From Vitrella brassicaformis CCMP3155 (lineage: Eukaryota; Protista; Chromerida): a stretch of DNA of 64,000 nucleotides. The translations under genes were made by a program, and so were the position numbers. Numbering within the stretch: position 1 is the stretch's first letter; every line of letters starts with the position of its first letter. Of the stretch, positions 21,381 through 35,216 are shown in pieces. The notes beneath the pieces were generated by a model. The model saw only the letters and a list, made by a program, of their open reading frames with translations, was not told the DNA's origin and did no database searches. The stretch is taken from NCBI GenBank assembly GCA_001179505.1, contig CDMY01000091.1:1-64000 (forward strand), written 5' to 3'.

Positions 21381-24290
21381 TCATGAGAATATGGCGGGGC
21401 TCCAGCCGGTGAAGTCCTGTCGACACAGTGGGCGCTCGCGAGGCTGCATGGTCTGTGCACATTGCCGGCAGATGCAGAAGTGGTTGCACGGCCGCAGCAC
21501 CACCAACCGCTCCCTCTCCTGGCACACTTGGCAGTCGGTGGCCTCCTCTCGTGCCCTCTGGTTGCTCTGCTGCATCTCTTGCCGCATCTGCTGACGCAGC
21601 TCGGCCTGCATCCTCTGCTGGGCGGCCTGCTGAGCCCGCCGCTCGAGTGACTGCAGCTGGGATTGCTCGTTGCTGAGTGCCGTCTGTCGGTCCGCTAGCT
21701 GCATAGCAAAGCCGCTGAACTCGTCTGCAGTGGTCAGGCCATTGAAGGTCTCGGTCAACCTGAATGACACACATCATCACATCAAAGGGCATGCACTGGT
21801 GTCGCCGGCCTCTCTGAGTGGGTACGGACCTGTCGATCTGGTTGCTGCGTAGCTGATCTACGTCAGCCTGAAGCGCACGGTTGCCCTCGGTGAGGCTGAT
21901 CGAGCGACAGACACAAAGGGAGGGAGATAGATCCGTACATCATTGGCTGCCTGTCGGTAATGCACCTGGCGATTTCCTGTGCCTGTGATGTGTTCTGCTG
22001 CGTCAGCGACGCCTCCCTCTTAGCAGCAGCCCTGATAGGGCGAACAACACACACGCACACACACACAGTTCCGTCCTATTCATTGCGTTGTTGGTGGGTG
22101 AGTGCTGTGTGGCTGACTGACCTCTTGTATCTGTCAAGATGACTCTGGAGCTGCCGCATCTCGGCCGCCTGCTGCTGCCGGAGAGACCTCTCGCGATCGA
22201 TGTCACTGAAAGCAGGGCGTACAGGGAGAGTGAGGTGCATATGACCTTGTTTGCCTCCTGTGTGTGTGTAGATACCTGGTGAGCCGCTGATGCTGTTGGC
22301 TGAGCTGCTGTCGATCCGCATTGGCTTGACGCATATCGGCCTGGAGCCGCTCGTTGGCCGCCAGAGTGTCGACGACGGTCTGCTCGCCCGCCAACTGAGC
22401 CTCACGCAACCTAGACACAGCAACAAAGGAGGGCACAGTCAGTTGGATGGATGAGTTGGTGTCTGTGATGTCTGCCCACCGCTGAATCTCTCGACGGGCG
22501 GTGTCGATCTCCTGACGGGCCGCTTGAGCCTCACGCAACCTACACACAACACATGGTTGATGTGTGTAGGTGATGTGTTGGTGTGTCTACCGTTCGCTCT
22601 CCTGACGGGCGATGAGGGTCTCCTGATCGGCGGCGAGGGTCTCTTGGCGGGCGGCGAGAGTCCCCTGCTGGGCAGCCTGAAGCTGTTGCTGAAGGGCGGC
22701 CTCCCTCTCCATCGACTCACGCCTGCAGTCGAACACAACCCCGGTGGTAAATCCCTCCCCCCTTCGTTCTTCTTCTCTCACCTCGTCGCCTCGCTTTGCC
22801 GGTCTCTGCGCATCAACTCAGCCTCGAGCTCAGCAACCCTGACACGACCAGATACACCGTCACTGTGTGAGTGACCACACCCCATCAATCGCCTCACCTG
22901 GCCCGCATCGCCTCGGCCTCCTCTCCACCACTCACACGACCGTCGTCAACGACCCTTGCGGCTCCTCCGTCGATCTCTCCAGCCCTCTGGCCAGCCAGGC
23001 CATCACCACCACCGCCACCATTCTCACTCAACACCATCAAGCGACAGCAGGTCGTCAGAGTCACACCCGATGTCGGGCAGCGGGGGCATGGAGGGGGTCA
23101 TCAGAGGAACCAGAGACCCACCAGCAGCACTCGCCGCAGCAACAGCCTCGCCCCCCTGCTGACCGTCCCCACCATGCTGCTGCTGGTCCTCATCGCTGGA
23201 GAAGTCCACCCCCAGAGCCTTGCGCGCCGCGCGAGCACGCGCCTCCGCCCGCTGCAGTCGCTGCTGTGCGGCCGCGTCGTCCTTGGGCGGCTGGTCGCCT
23301 CTCTTGCTGTCCTTCTCGGCCTGGCGGGCGGCGTTCTTCTGCATGATGTCGCCTTTGTGGCGCAGCTCGTCGCGTTTGCTCTCGAAGCGGGTCGGCTGCC
23401 GGCCCTTGCTGGTATGGGGGTCCTCCTGATGTGACTTGGCGCAGCCAGACACGCCTTGCGACTCATTAAGCACGTCTGTCATGGCGTTCTGCAGCACGGC
23501 TGAACGACAAAGTCAAAGGAAAGGCGGTGTGCCATGCGTGTTCGTATGTGGTTGGTGGTGGCCAGCCTACCGATCTCCTCGAGCAGCGTGGTTTTGGCCG
23601 CGGTTTTCTTGTTGATCTGCTCCGTGAGGCTGGTGATCTGGTTGTCGATGCTGTCGATGTCGGCATCGGCCGCCTTGTCCCTCTGGGCCTCTAGGTCGTT
23701 GAGCTTGGTGTGCAGCGTCGGCAGCAGCTTGTCGATGACGGCAACCCGCTTGAGCTTCTCATCCAAGGCCTGAAGTGACCAGTCGAACTTGCTGTGTTTT
23801 CCAGGCACTCATTTCTGTACCTGTGATGCATCTCGTCGGGCCACCAGCCTGGCGGCCTCTGCAGAACGGACCACAGCAACGAGCGAGGCTCTGCATCCAC
23901 TTTAGATGGATTCCGTCCCCCACCGCTCCCTCACTTACCAGCAAGGTCATGTGCTGTGGCAAGCTCATGTGCTGTATCGACATCCTCTTGAGTGATATTG
24001 TTGATGACAGGGTCGTCCTTGAGAGCCTCGAGTTCATCCTCACAGTCGCGATACATGGCCAGGTTAGCCGCCGTCACGGAGAAAGGGTTCTGGAAGCCAA
24101 ATGTCGAATCGGGGCCGTTGTTGTCGCAGGATAGGCTGCTGAGGTACAGCACCAGCAATGAGGGGGCCTTGCTGGCGACGGTGGTCCACCACGTGGAGGG
24201 GGCGAAGGGGTCGTACGAGCGCACCAAGACCGCACACAGGTGCTGGGGGAGACGCGACGAGGGGCCGACATATCGCCCATCAGGCACGAA
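21381..24290 (-). CDS. Multi-exon coiled-coil protein with C-terminal C3HC4-type RING (7th ligand Cys replaced by Arg); may be the 3' part of the upstream large gene
   Basis: Gln/Glu/Arg-rich heptad exons; CQVC-x11-CNH-x3-CRQC-x8-RPLCR at the C-terminus. Exon joins are not fully resolved. Confidence 0.7.
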
Positions 24291-24299
24291 ATTGGAATC

Positions 24300-27200
24300 T
24301 GCACAGATAGCAGGGAGGCAGGCGGGCAGGGGGAGGTGCTGCCGGTAGCTTCGCTAGTTGGCTCACGTGTGAAGATGACTGGCTGGTTATAGGTGTATTT
24401 CTTGTTGGTGGCTTCGATAACATTAATGACCGCGACAGGAGACCGAGGGCTGGCGACATTGGCGAAGGGCACATCTGCATCGGTCCACAGGCACAACAGA
24501 GTAGTGGCACAAGCTGACATGCCCTTTCTGCACATTCATCTACCACTGAGGTTCAGAATGAATGGCGGTTTGCGTCTGGCCTCTTTCTCCTCGGCCCGCA
24601 GCCCCTCCTCCCTCTTCTCCCGTGCCGCCCTCCGTCGGTCCTCCCCAGCTGCGTCAGCCGCCGGCGGCAGGCGGGCTTCATCGGCCGCCCACCGACGCTC
24701 CTTGACCTCACGCGCGGCTCGCAGGGCACTCTCACGCTCATCGTGGGCCCTGGTGACGGCCCCATGCACCAATGACGCAAGGTCGCCACTCGACAGGAAC
24801 TGCTGGCTGATGAGCTCGCCCAGAGGGACCCGTGCTGAGGAACAGACACATGGAGCAGCCTCGTCTACGCGACGGTTGCCAATGCCTTCACGTACATCGC
24901 AGAGTGAGGTCCGACAGTGTGAGGTCCTTCAAGGCCAATTGAAGGAAGGGCTCAGTGGTGTTTGCTGCGGTGGCAGGCAGCTTCAGGCGGCTGAAGGGAC
25001 ACAGTCAGCTACATACACACTGGCACACAAACGGGCTCACGTGGCCTACTTGAGAGTGCGTCGATTGGGGTTGGTCTTAAGGCCAGCGGTCGCGGCGGCC
25101 ATGACTGTATCCTCAACTACGGGCAGCGACAGCTCGCCAACCGAGCAGAAAGACAGATGGATGTCCCTGCACACAATGGTTCCGAAGACGCGCTCCAGCA
25201 CTCTCTGCGGACAAGAGAGATGCCAACAAGGGAGGGTGTCAGCAAGGCTGTCTCAGTGTGGTTAGTGCCTTCCAGACCTGCAGTTCGTCGTATCGATAGG
25301 TTTCGCCCTCAGACTTGGTCAGGACCATCTGGAGCAGACTCAGAGACTCGAAAGACCTACCACAGAGGCCCTGCAGGCGATACGACACATACAAGTACAG
25401 CCCAGTCTGTCACATGGATTCGTCGGTCGACCTCGAGCAAGTTTAGATAGGAATTGAACGACATAGGACATGAATAAACTACTATTCGCCTGCACACACG
25501 CATCACACGGCCTGAGTGAATGCTCTGTTTTCTCGTTTCCTGTTGTGCCCTCATACCTGAGTGTCGTGAAGGCTTGTTTTTTCTTGTCGTCCCCCGTGTC
25601 GGCCATCTGCCTCGCCTCTGTCGTCTCCTGTGTGTCCTCCGCTGAGTCTGCCGGCACGGCGGCCGACGATGTGCTGTGGGTACGGGTGACGTCACGCGAT
25701 GATGACGGCGGCGGGGAGGCACTCCCGCTGCTGCTGTCGCCCTTGCCGTCTCCTTCTGGCCGGGCCTTGAGCAGAGAACTCAACCGGTCGGCGAAGGCAG
25801 GGCTCATATTGACATAATGCATGTATAGCTCAAGAACAGAGGGCAGGCGGCCGATGGCGTCGGCAAGTTGTGCGCACTCGTCATCAGGCAGACGAGTCAA
25901 ATCCACAACTGAGCGGCACACATACCTTGACATTTACCGGCAACGTGCGCGTTCAATTCCGACCGCCTTACACATCAGCTGGAGCGTCATGAGTCTGTCG
26001 GCCCTCTGGAGGAAGCCAATGAGGTCGCTGATGTCATCGGCGGTCGGTGAGCACTCCCAGCGGATCGACAACTCCAACATCATGTCGGGTGAATACCTGA
26101 TGGCAAGAATGAAGCCGCGAACATGATCGAACTGCTGTCCACCATCTCTTTCTATCCACATACCTTGCCAGTGCCGCCACCAGCCCATTTCGTCTGCTCA
26201 CTAAGATCGATGCAAATGGCGCCAGCACCTCGCGATTGGCATATGATGAGATGCGGTCCGTCGAACGGACAGGACACAACCTAATACCAGCCAGCACACA
26301 GTGGCCATCGACTGCAGGTGCGTCTGTCTGTGTGTAAATGACTGTTTACGCGTCTAGCAGACTCCGACATGAGAGGTCCAGCATAGCGACTTGTGCGGCA
26401 GTGAAATGGAACGGCCCAACAAGCTGGTAGATGGTGCGGAGGACTCTCTTGTCCGACAGACAACACACCAGCCGATTCTGCTGGACACACAGAACATGTG
26501 AGGGGTCGGTCACACATGGTCGCCCTCTCTGTCCCCACCTGCTTGTTCTCCCGTCGTGCAGCCTCTCTCGCCGAGTCGTGCTGCGATGAGACCCATTGAT
26601 CGATCGCCAGCTGCACAGATCACATGGACACAGTGGCGAGCAGTGGTCGATGGGTTTAGGTACGGCAGACCTTGCGGCGGCGAATCTTGGCGAAGAAATC
26701 CAAAATCTGCAGCCGTGAGAGTACAGATGTGCACAATTGTAAGCTTGCACGTTGTTGACACTGAGCCGCAATTCACTCACGTCCTGCAAGAGGCTGTCTT
26801 GTGACGTCGCTGTGAGGGGCACGGACAGGGCAGAGAGGTCCACTCCTCTCTGAAAGTGAAGGGCGTCACACACAGCAACAGACACACACAGGTGACCGCC
26901 GATTCGGCCATCCTTTGCCCTCACTGACCTGTAGAACACGTTCGACGATCGGGTTGTCTTTGGCCTTCCCACTCATCAGCTGCCGATCACAGAAGCTGCA
27001 CACATGAAGACAATTCGCTCGAGGCACTCAAGCCATGACGGAAAGACGCACCTGGAGAGGCTTTCCAGGACGCCAATTGCCATGCCGATGGGGCCCCCGC
27101 AGATGATGGATGCGACGTATGCAGCGTCACTCGTCGCAACCGTCGACAGCAGAGAGCACATGACCTCGGACAGGCCCTCGCACGAAGCATACTGAAGTTA

Positions 27201-29270
27201 AGTGAAAACAGGAGTGCCGAGTGCTCATACTTGCGCGTCGCATCCACTCTGACTGACCGAGTTACGAGCAAGTATGAGATTGAGCAGATGAACCGAAGCC
27301 GCCACGACAGCTCGTCCATGGAGGCCAGCCTTGATCAGTCTGTCGCTCTGCAGGATGCTCATGGCTGCCGAGAGGAAGCCCGCCTGCGCAACACGCTCGC
27401 AGTAGCCACATTCTGAGGAAAGACGTACGCACACGAGACATCAATAAGCGGCATGGACCATGCCCCATCACTCACCAGCCATTGCCACTGGCACCTTCAG
27501 ATAGACCCAGACGATGAAAGCCGGCCACTGAGCGGTGGCGAAAGAAAGCACTGCGGCCATCTTGCCCAGAGCAGCGGGGCTCGCTGACACACTACGGCAT
27601 ACGGCGGCAGCACAACTGCATCCACACACACCCACACGTACTCATGCAGCGGCGTGACGAATCAACGAGCCCTCTTGGCATCAAGGTGATCCGCACCTAG
27701 CTCAGAGGGGAAGCCGCGGCGGGCGTGTGAGAACATGATGCCTATCAGCTCGTAAGCCTCCCAAACAATCGCCAGATCACAGCTGGTGACCAGGGTCTCG
27801 ACGAGGAAATCGACGTGGCAGAATATGTGCTGCTGAAATGCCTCCAGCGCCTCAGTCGTCACTGAACGATGGACCAAAGGCACACAGATATGTGGAGATA
27901 TGACAGCCACCTTTGCCGATGCACCACATGATCACCTGGAATTCTATCGCTGAGCAAGACGGAGGCAGCTGCCATGAATTCTCGGTCCGATAGTGTCAGC
28001 CTCCCCAACACTGTGTCCACCAAGACACCAAACAGCGGCAGCCACTCCACACCAAACGGATAACCAGCCTGACAAAGCCGCCAGAGGAAGCGCGTCGCCG
28101 CAGTCTGTTGCTCTATGTCGCTGCTGCTGTCATTGAAAATGGAAACAATGCACCCGGCGAGGCCTCCCTGACCCACCTGTCGATGCGCCTTGTCCTTCTC
28201 GGCCAATGACCGTACGAGGCCCCCGACAACTGGGCCATCATCCGGCAAGAGCGGCGTCTCATTGAGCTCTTCCAGTTGCTCAACGAAGGGGCCGATGTCA
28301 CCAGCCAGCAGAGCATCAGCAGCGAGGGACATGATGGCAACAGCATCAGAGCCCGACGTCTGGCCCTGCCGCTGGTCGGGTGTGATGGGGGAGGGGGTGC
28401 AGGGAGGGAATGGGCGAGAGGGACCCGCTGGTTGCTGATCCCCTGATGCCGCTGCTGCGGCGACTGGCGATGGGTCGATGGAGCGAGTGGTGTGTTGGGC
28501 GGCCTGCTGCTGGGCGCATGCGAAGATGTCGAAAGCAGTGGAGGGCTGACGGCTGCCGTCCTGACAATCACACCCACAAATCACACACATTCACACACCT
28601 CCCTTGTTTGTGTGTGTCTGTCTGTCTGTCTGTCTGTCTGTGCATGTGTGCGTGTCCGTACTGCTGAGGCGTCCACAGTGATGTCATCCTCTCCGGACCC
28701 ACCGCCGTGCCCCACCCCTCCCATCAGCCCCGAGCCCCCTTCCTGCATGGGGACGCCGCCCACAACTGGTGAGGGGATGGGGATGAGCATGGACTGATCC
28801 CGCTGGACGGATGGCTGCGGTTGCTGCTGACTCTGGTGTGCGTCATGGCGTCAGTTGGCATCGGCGGACGCTGGATTGCGATGGGCGGTGCGGACGCGAG
28901 CTGCCGAGAGGTAGCTTTGTTGCTGTCAGTCGCAGGTGTGCGCTCTGCGTGGGGAGATGCTGCTAGCGTGGCAGACGACGTGCGGTCACCAGGGCCGCTC
29001 CCGTTCGACTCATCGCCGGACCACTGAGGGGAGCCGCGAGGTCCTCCCGGTGTCGGCAATATCTCTTCGCCACTATATCTATCTCAACTAAAAGGGTTCG
29101 TAGGAGATCTACTTCCAAAAGCTCGCAGAACGTCTTTCTTCCGATTTTTCCAATGATCCCTCCTTTCTCCCGATGCAGAACGTATATGTGGCGTTCAATG
29201 AAGAAAAGATGCATGAACGCCACGAGAACTGGTGTGCTGTGATAGGATGTGATCTCGCTGTCACCCATGG
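24300..29270 (-). CDS. Large multi-exon lineage-specific protein with helical (ARM-like) and LRR-like segments; model unresolved
   Basis: Long protein-like ORFs 27859-28590, 27662-27910, 27225-27434, 26976-27161, 26346-26972, 25934-26188 and 25340-25933 (LTRLPDDECAQLADAIGRLPSVLELYM), all on the minus strand and separated by microsatellite introns. Confidence 0.55.
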
Positions 29271-29739
29271 CTCTCTCTCACCACGTGCATGGTCATAAGG
29301 GAATGACCTGAATGAGACCTTTATCGGCAACGACGTCACGAGAAAACAGAAGGGTTATGCGGGGCTCGAATTAGCTAGTTAGTCAGCGGCTACCTGATCA
29401 CCTCACCTCCATGCATGGACGACTCGATCACAAAAGACTCAGTTAGGTCAGTTGACTAAGACGAAATCCCACGAACACCTACCTGTGAACATGCACTCGA
29501 TGACAGCCATCTCATTGCAAAGGCGGCAGACACACCAGCTTTGCATTCATCTCCTCTGCTGCATGGACTATGAAATGCAGCCAACCAGCCCGCCGGCCCG
29601 CCACCCACTAATTACTCATACACGCACTTCATTGGCTCAGGCAGCTGTTCTCCTCGACTCGACCCTTCCCCCTCTCTGACAACTGACCCGCCTCATCTGC
29701 CCGCCTCTCTCTCCACCACCCACTGAGTCAGTGAGTCAG

Positions 29740-31648
29740 TCAGTTGATGCCGAGCGACACCCACTGGCCCCGCTCGTCGATGCGGCCCAGCTGCGGCCAC
29801 CCACCGACCTCACAGTCGGCTTTGCCCATGAAGCCCTTTTTGATGGCCCCCTCCTCTATGCCGTGTCGGGCCGCCTCGTCCAGCCGGGCCCTGTGGACCA
29901 CCTCACGGAGCCCCAGCTGCCTATGACCACCATGCTGCCCTCCGTTGACAGCAAAGCACTGCAGCGGGGGCACGATCACCTTGACGCGCTTGTTGCCCTG
30001 CTGCAGGTGCCTCGTCCCGCCCACCACCTCCCTGCTGCTGCTGGCCTCGAACACAGCCGACTTGACGAAGTGCTGCGCCGCTGCCGTCACGCGACGGGCG
30101 AGTGTGCTGTTGCGGATGCCGATGCTGCCGCTGATGGCCTCACTGGCGGCGTCTTGGTCGAAGCACATCGCGGCGATCTTCCAGCCGATGGCCTCTGCCT
30201 CGTGTGGGCCATAGCCAGGGGGGGCGGCGGGCGGATTGGCAGGAAGGGTGCCAGTGTGAGGGGGCTCCATCAGGTGGGGGAGGAGGGTGGGGAGGGATTT
30301 GATCAGGAAGGCAGCCAGGCCACGATGAGGCCGCAGGGCGGCATTCACCGCTGCCATTGCCCCAGTGGGCAGCTCGTTGAGCACTGTTGTGTACTGGGGC
30401 AGCACCAGCTGGCGGAAATCGATGTTGTTCGCTTCGGTGGCTGTGGGCAAGCGGCTGATGTCCGCCCCTGCCTTGAGCAACTCGCGGATGGTCTCCTCCG
30501 CAGCGAAAGCTGCTGGGTTTTCGTCGTCGTTGTCGTCTTGCGCCGGAAGGCATCCATGAAGACAATCAGCGGCCAGAGCAAGGGGGGTCCACTTGCGGTC
30601 CATCTGGTGTGGGGCGCCCATCTCCTCTCTGTTGACGTCCGCCCCCTTCAGATGGCGAGAGAGAGAATCAGCGAAGCGGGGCGAGCCGGTCATTGCCGCC
30701 TGATGCAGAGGCGTCCATCCGCGGTGATCCGCCCATGTCACCTGTGCCCCATGCTGCACCAGCAGGTCGACGTATGAGTTGAAGAACGCCGGGGAGAATT
30801 CATCGCCGCTGCGGGCCGCGGCATGCAGAAGGCCTTCTTCGGCCGCGAGAGTGGAGTCATGATCGATGAGCCGCTGGTAGGTCGACAGCAGCCAGGCCTC
30901 GTTGGCCTCCGTCGGCTGATCCGTCGACAACGTCCGCGGCACCCCCATGACCCGCCGCCCCCTCAGTTGCAGCCCTGACAGCAGGTGATCCAGAGAGACA
31001 GACGTGCAGACAAGACATACATTCTGCTGTGTGATGCGTGTGTGCTGCGAATGAATGCGTACCTGCCTGGCCCATGAGCAGGTTGAGGGCCATGTCGTTG
31101 CCCGATGCGATGGCGACCTCTATGGGGGTGGAAGTGGCGGACGTGTGCTCATCCTCGGGATCGACCAGGCCTCTCGAGTTGACATCCGCACCTCCCACGA
31201 TGAGGGCGCGCATGACGGCCTCCTGGACCTCGGGGGTGGGCCACGTCGACAAGGCGATCGGAGCCTCGTCAGTCGTCCCACCCTTCGCCCAGACGGAAGG
31301 CACGCCCCCATTGGTCATGTTGTCGATGACGAGCGTCAGTGGCGAGTAGGCGTGTACAGTGCCTGCCTCGCTGCCCCGCAGCTCCAGCTCACGCAGCGAA
31401 CTCGGGTCGGCTCCATGTTGGATCAGCTGCGTGACCTGCGCCCCACTCTTGATGGTTCGGCGGATGATGCCCTCGAACAGCCGGACGGTGGGATCGTTGG
31501 GGCGTTGGTGGTTGTAGATGACTTGGTTGTCTTCCACCCAGGTCATGTCGACGACATCCGACGACATCCAGCCACGGGGCAGAGCTCCGCCCGGTGAAGA
31601 GGCTGTTGGGCCCTCTTCGGCCGGCAAAGATGCGGCTCCCTCCATCAT
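29740..31648 (-). CDS. Ankyrin-repeat protein of an expanded lineage-specific family; 2 exons
   Basis: QLIQHGADP, ALIVGGADVN, TPIEVAIASGN, LLHAAARSG, LLVQHGAQV, GWTPLHQAAMTG, WTPLALAA, LLKAGADI. GT-AG intron ~30979-31062. Confidence 0.88.
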
Positions 31649-32443
31649 GCTCTCACCCACTGCAGGCCACACACACGACAGACAGACAGACAGACAGACA
31701 GACACATCCACACCCAACAGACAGCCAGTCATTGGATCAGTGAGTGCCGTACTGACCGGGTTCCCTTGTCCTCTGCTTACCGAGGCCGCTGCAGTGCGCG
31801 TGAGGATGAATTGTCCCCTGGATCTCAGCCGCAGTACTGTACCAGCCGCAGCAACAAGGACGACAACACCACTATCCCACACGCACGCACGGAATGGGAC
31901 GCCTGGTGCAACACAACCGACACGCTCATATGGAGGCGCAACACGTTCTTCTGAGTGTGCTTACCCGCTCAGGAAGATATGGTGGGCGCACCGATCTTCC
32001 GTCGGTGTGTCTGAGGCGCTGACACCGACGGAAACGGTGCTGCTGCTGCAGTGCTGCCTGTTGATGGTCTCCGGTGCTTTCCTCGCCGCCGAAAAGTAAA
32101 AAGGAACAAAGTAGGCGGCAAAGCAGGCGGCAGAAGATGCTTTGTTCAAAGCCCTCGGACCAGCCGTTGCACCTTTTGCTTCGTCCAATTTTGCTCTTTT
32201 CCTCCCGCTGAGCTTGCAACTTCTCGGCTTGCAAATGGTCTCCGCCATCAACTGGCTGGCAAGGCCCACAGCCTGAGGAGCAGCAAGACCGGAGGCCGCA
32301 GGGAGCAAGCCGGAGCCGCTCGCTTGCCGTGACGCGTCATTCGTGACGGCGACTGAGACTCCAGGAGGTTCCAGTAGACCCCCGGCTGCCCGTAGTTGCT
32401 TTGCTTTGAGGTCCACATCCGCCGATCGTCGGGTACCTGCACC

Positions 32444-34122
32444 ATGCTGAATCAGAGCACCTCGGTAGGGGGGCCATCGGGTGCCAGGCAGCCACAGAGG
32501 GGAGAGGGAGAGAAGGGCGATGCCTTGGCAGAGCAGAGGGAAGCCTGCTGATGGCATTTGCACAGAGAGAAAGGCGATTTTCTGCGCATGTGTTGGTTTC
32601 TGATATGCTGGTGTGTGTTTTGGCTGTCTGTGTGTGTGGTGTCAGAGCCAGGGCCGCACTGGCATGAACCTTGCGGCCGCCAAGGAGGCGCGCAAACGTG
32701 CCGAGCTCGATGCGCAGCTGCTGGCCAACAGGATCGCCCTGCTCAAGGTCAGGGAGGGGGCGACACTGGTTGGCACATCTGACATAATTGTGTCTGTCTG
32801 TTTGTGTGTTTGGATGGATGGATGGATGGATGGCTGTGTGTGTGCAGCAAGAGGAGGAGAAGGCTTGGAAGAAGATCGACGACACCCGCAAGAAGACCAA
32901 GGAGATGCTCACACTCAGGACTACAAACGAGCAGAAACTACAGGCCAAAGACGACGTGACAATGACAACCACCAGAGCCAGAGAGATAACCACCACGTCA
33001 GCACAGCCACCCCCATGTGTGTGTGTGTGTCAGTATTACCGTTCCAAGTACCAGTCGGTGCGTGACTGCCAGCAGCACAACGCCCTCCAGCGTGACCGGG
33101 CCCGCGCCACTCGCGAGGCCACACAGATGGCCCTCCTGCGCACCAAACAGACCGGCGTCAGGGCCATGAAGCAACAGGTATGTATGTAAGCAGGCCCCCC
33201 CCCCCCCAGCTATCTAGATAGATGTGTGGATGGACGCCTGTGTGTGGGTGTGTGTGTGTGGTGTGTTGTTTAGACGTTGGACCACGTTCAGGAGAAGCGC
33301 GAGAAGGAGCTGCTGGAGCGGCAGCACAATTGGGAGAAGACCCAGATGATCCGCCAGCAGAAGGAGGAACACAGGCGCAAACTGGAGGCTGAAAAGGTCG
33401 CTACACAATGCAATGCAACACAATNNNNNNNNNNNNNNNNNNNNNNNNNNNNNNNNNNNNNNNNNNNNNNNNNNNNNNNNNNNNNNNNNNNNNNNNNNNN
33501 NNNNNNNNNNNNNNNNNNNNNNNNNNNNNNNNNNNNNNNNNNNNNNNNNNNNNNNNNNNNNNNNNNNNNNNNNNNNNNNNNNNNNNNNNNNNNNNNNNNN
33601 NNNNNNNNNNNNNNNNNNNNNNNNNNNNNNNNNNNNNNNNNNNNNNNNNNNNNNNNNNNNNNNNNNNNNNNNNNNNNNNNNNNNNNNNNNNNNNNNNNNN
33701 NNNNNNNNNNNNNNNNNNNNNNNNCCCCCACACACACACACAGACACAGAGAGAGAGAGGAGAAATCTTCTGTGAGTGATGCATTTCTCCCGTGTCTGTC
33801 TCACTGTGTGTGTTAACAGGAGTTGAGTGAGACGGATGTGTTGAGCGGTATGCTGCGGCCGACCGAGGAGCCGCCCGAGGCCACTGGGGGGGCGGGAGAG
33901 GCCGCCGCTGCATCCAGCAGCAATACAGACGATGACACCACCAACAACAAGGGCAACATGGGTACTGCACCTCTCAGCTGACACGCGAGACGGGCATCAC
34001 CGAGAATGCACTGTTTGGGTGTGTGTGTAGGTAACCGTGGTGGCGGTGGTGGAGGTGGTGGTGGTGCCAAGATCCACATCGACAGCAGGGGGGTGGGGCT
34101 GTCCGCTGAGGCAGCGCGGTGA
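32444..34122 (+). CDS. Coiled-coil protein of unknown function, spans a gap
   Basis: Exons join in frame: MLNQSTS|SQGRTGMNLAAAKEARKRAELDAQLLANRIALLK|QEEEKAWKKIDDTRKK...|YYRSKY...|...HVQEKREKELLERQ... The 3' exons after the gap are less certain. Confidence 0.75.
33425..33724. other. Scaffold gap (300 N)
   Basis: Run of N. Confidence 0.99.
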
Positions 34123-35216
34123 CTCACTGACGGACTGACGGACGGATGGCAGCTGCTATTGTGTATAGCAGTGGCATTTGTATGTCTGTCTGTCTGTATG
34201 TGTGTGTGTGTGTGTATGGTGGGCTGGACCAAGGATCGGACGGAAGCAATAATGAATGACCGAAAGGTCGGGAAGGAAACCGGTCGTTCTCCCTCATATC
34301 ATATCAGATCGGTCCGCACAGCATGCAATTGTTAACGGCAACGTATCGGTCAATAGCTCGGCCATCTACACACACCAACACAGCTGATGCATTCACTTAT
34401 GAGCAGTACAACCAACGAACGACAGACAGACAGACAGACAAGGCAGGCAGACCTAAAGTCACACGCCTACACCTACACCTACACATACGACCAGGCCAAC
34501 AGCAGCACTATCCCACCCCATTCCTCCCATCCCTCCCGTCCTATGCGCTATCTGTCCATGTATTGATCAGATCTCTCTCCCTCCCTCCCTCCCTCCCGGT
34601 GTGTGTGTGTGTGTGTCTTCTTCTCCTGGCTGTGTGAAGATGTATGTGAAGGTATCCTAGCTCTGGTGGTGTCGGGATGCATGAGCTCGTTGTGTGTGCG
34701 AATGTATGATGTGTCGTCGCCACATGGAATTCATCCCATGGTTCTACGTCACTGCCTCATGCCGCCGGGGCTGAACAACATCAGGCCTGTGCACGTAGAA
34801 CCATACTCGGATGAATTCCATGTGGCGACGGGATCGAACGAAAGACAAATCACACCACCACACCAATGACATGTCATCCGCCGCTCAGCTCGTGGTGAGC
34901 TGGCGATGGTTCGATGAGCAACCACACGCATACACACACGAACGAACATATACACAAGGGCCAGCTGGGTGGCTCGCTGGCTGGCTGTGGTGATGTACAG
35001 CATTAAAACGCTCTCCATCCATCCGTCCATCCGTCCGTCCGTCAGTCTTCAAAATCAAAGCATCCCTCCACTCACTCTCCTACCTACCCCTACCGCCCCA
35101 CCCCACCCCATCCCATCCACAAATGAGTGAATGCCTTAGTGAGTGTGTGTGTGTGTGTGTGCTGTGCCTTAGAGCAACAACGACACATACCACCACCAGA
35201 GAGATGCCATCCATCA

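Noticed and set aside
23024-23075. Apparent frameshift in the coiled-coil gene
   Set aside because: A short GT...AG intron (~38 nt) restores the frame, so a lesion cannot be claimed.
25934-25975. Apparent stop/frameshift at ERARCR*
   Set aside because: An upstream strong donor (ATGT|GTAAGG) joins in frame to the next exon.
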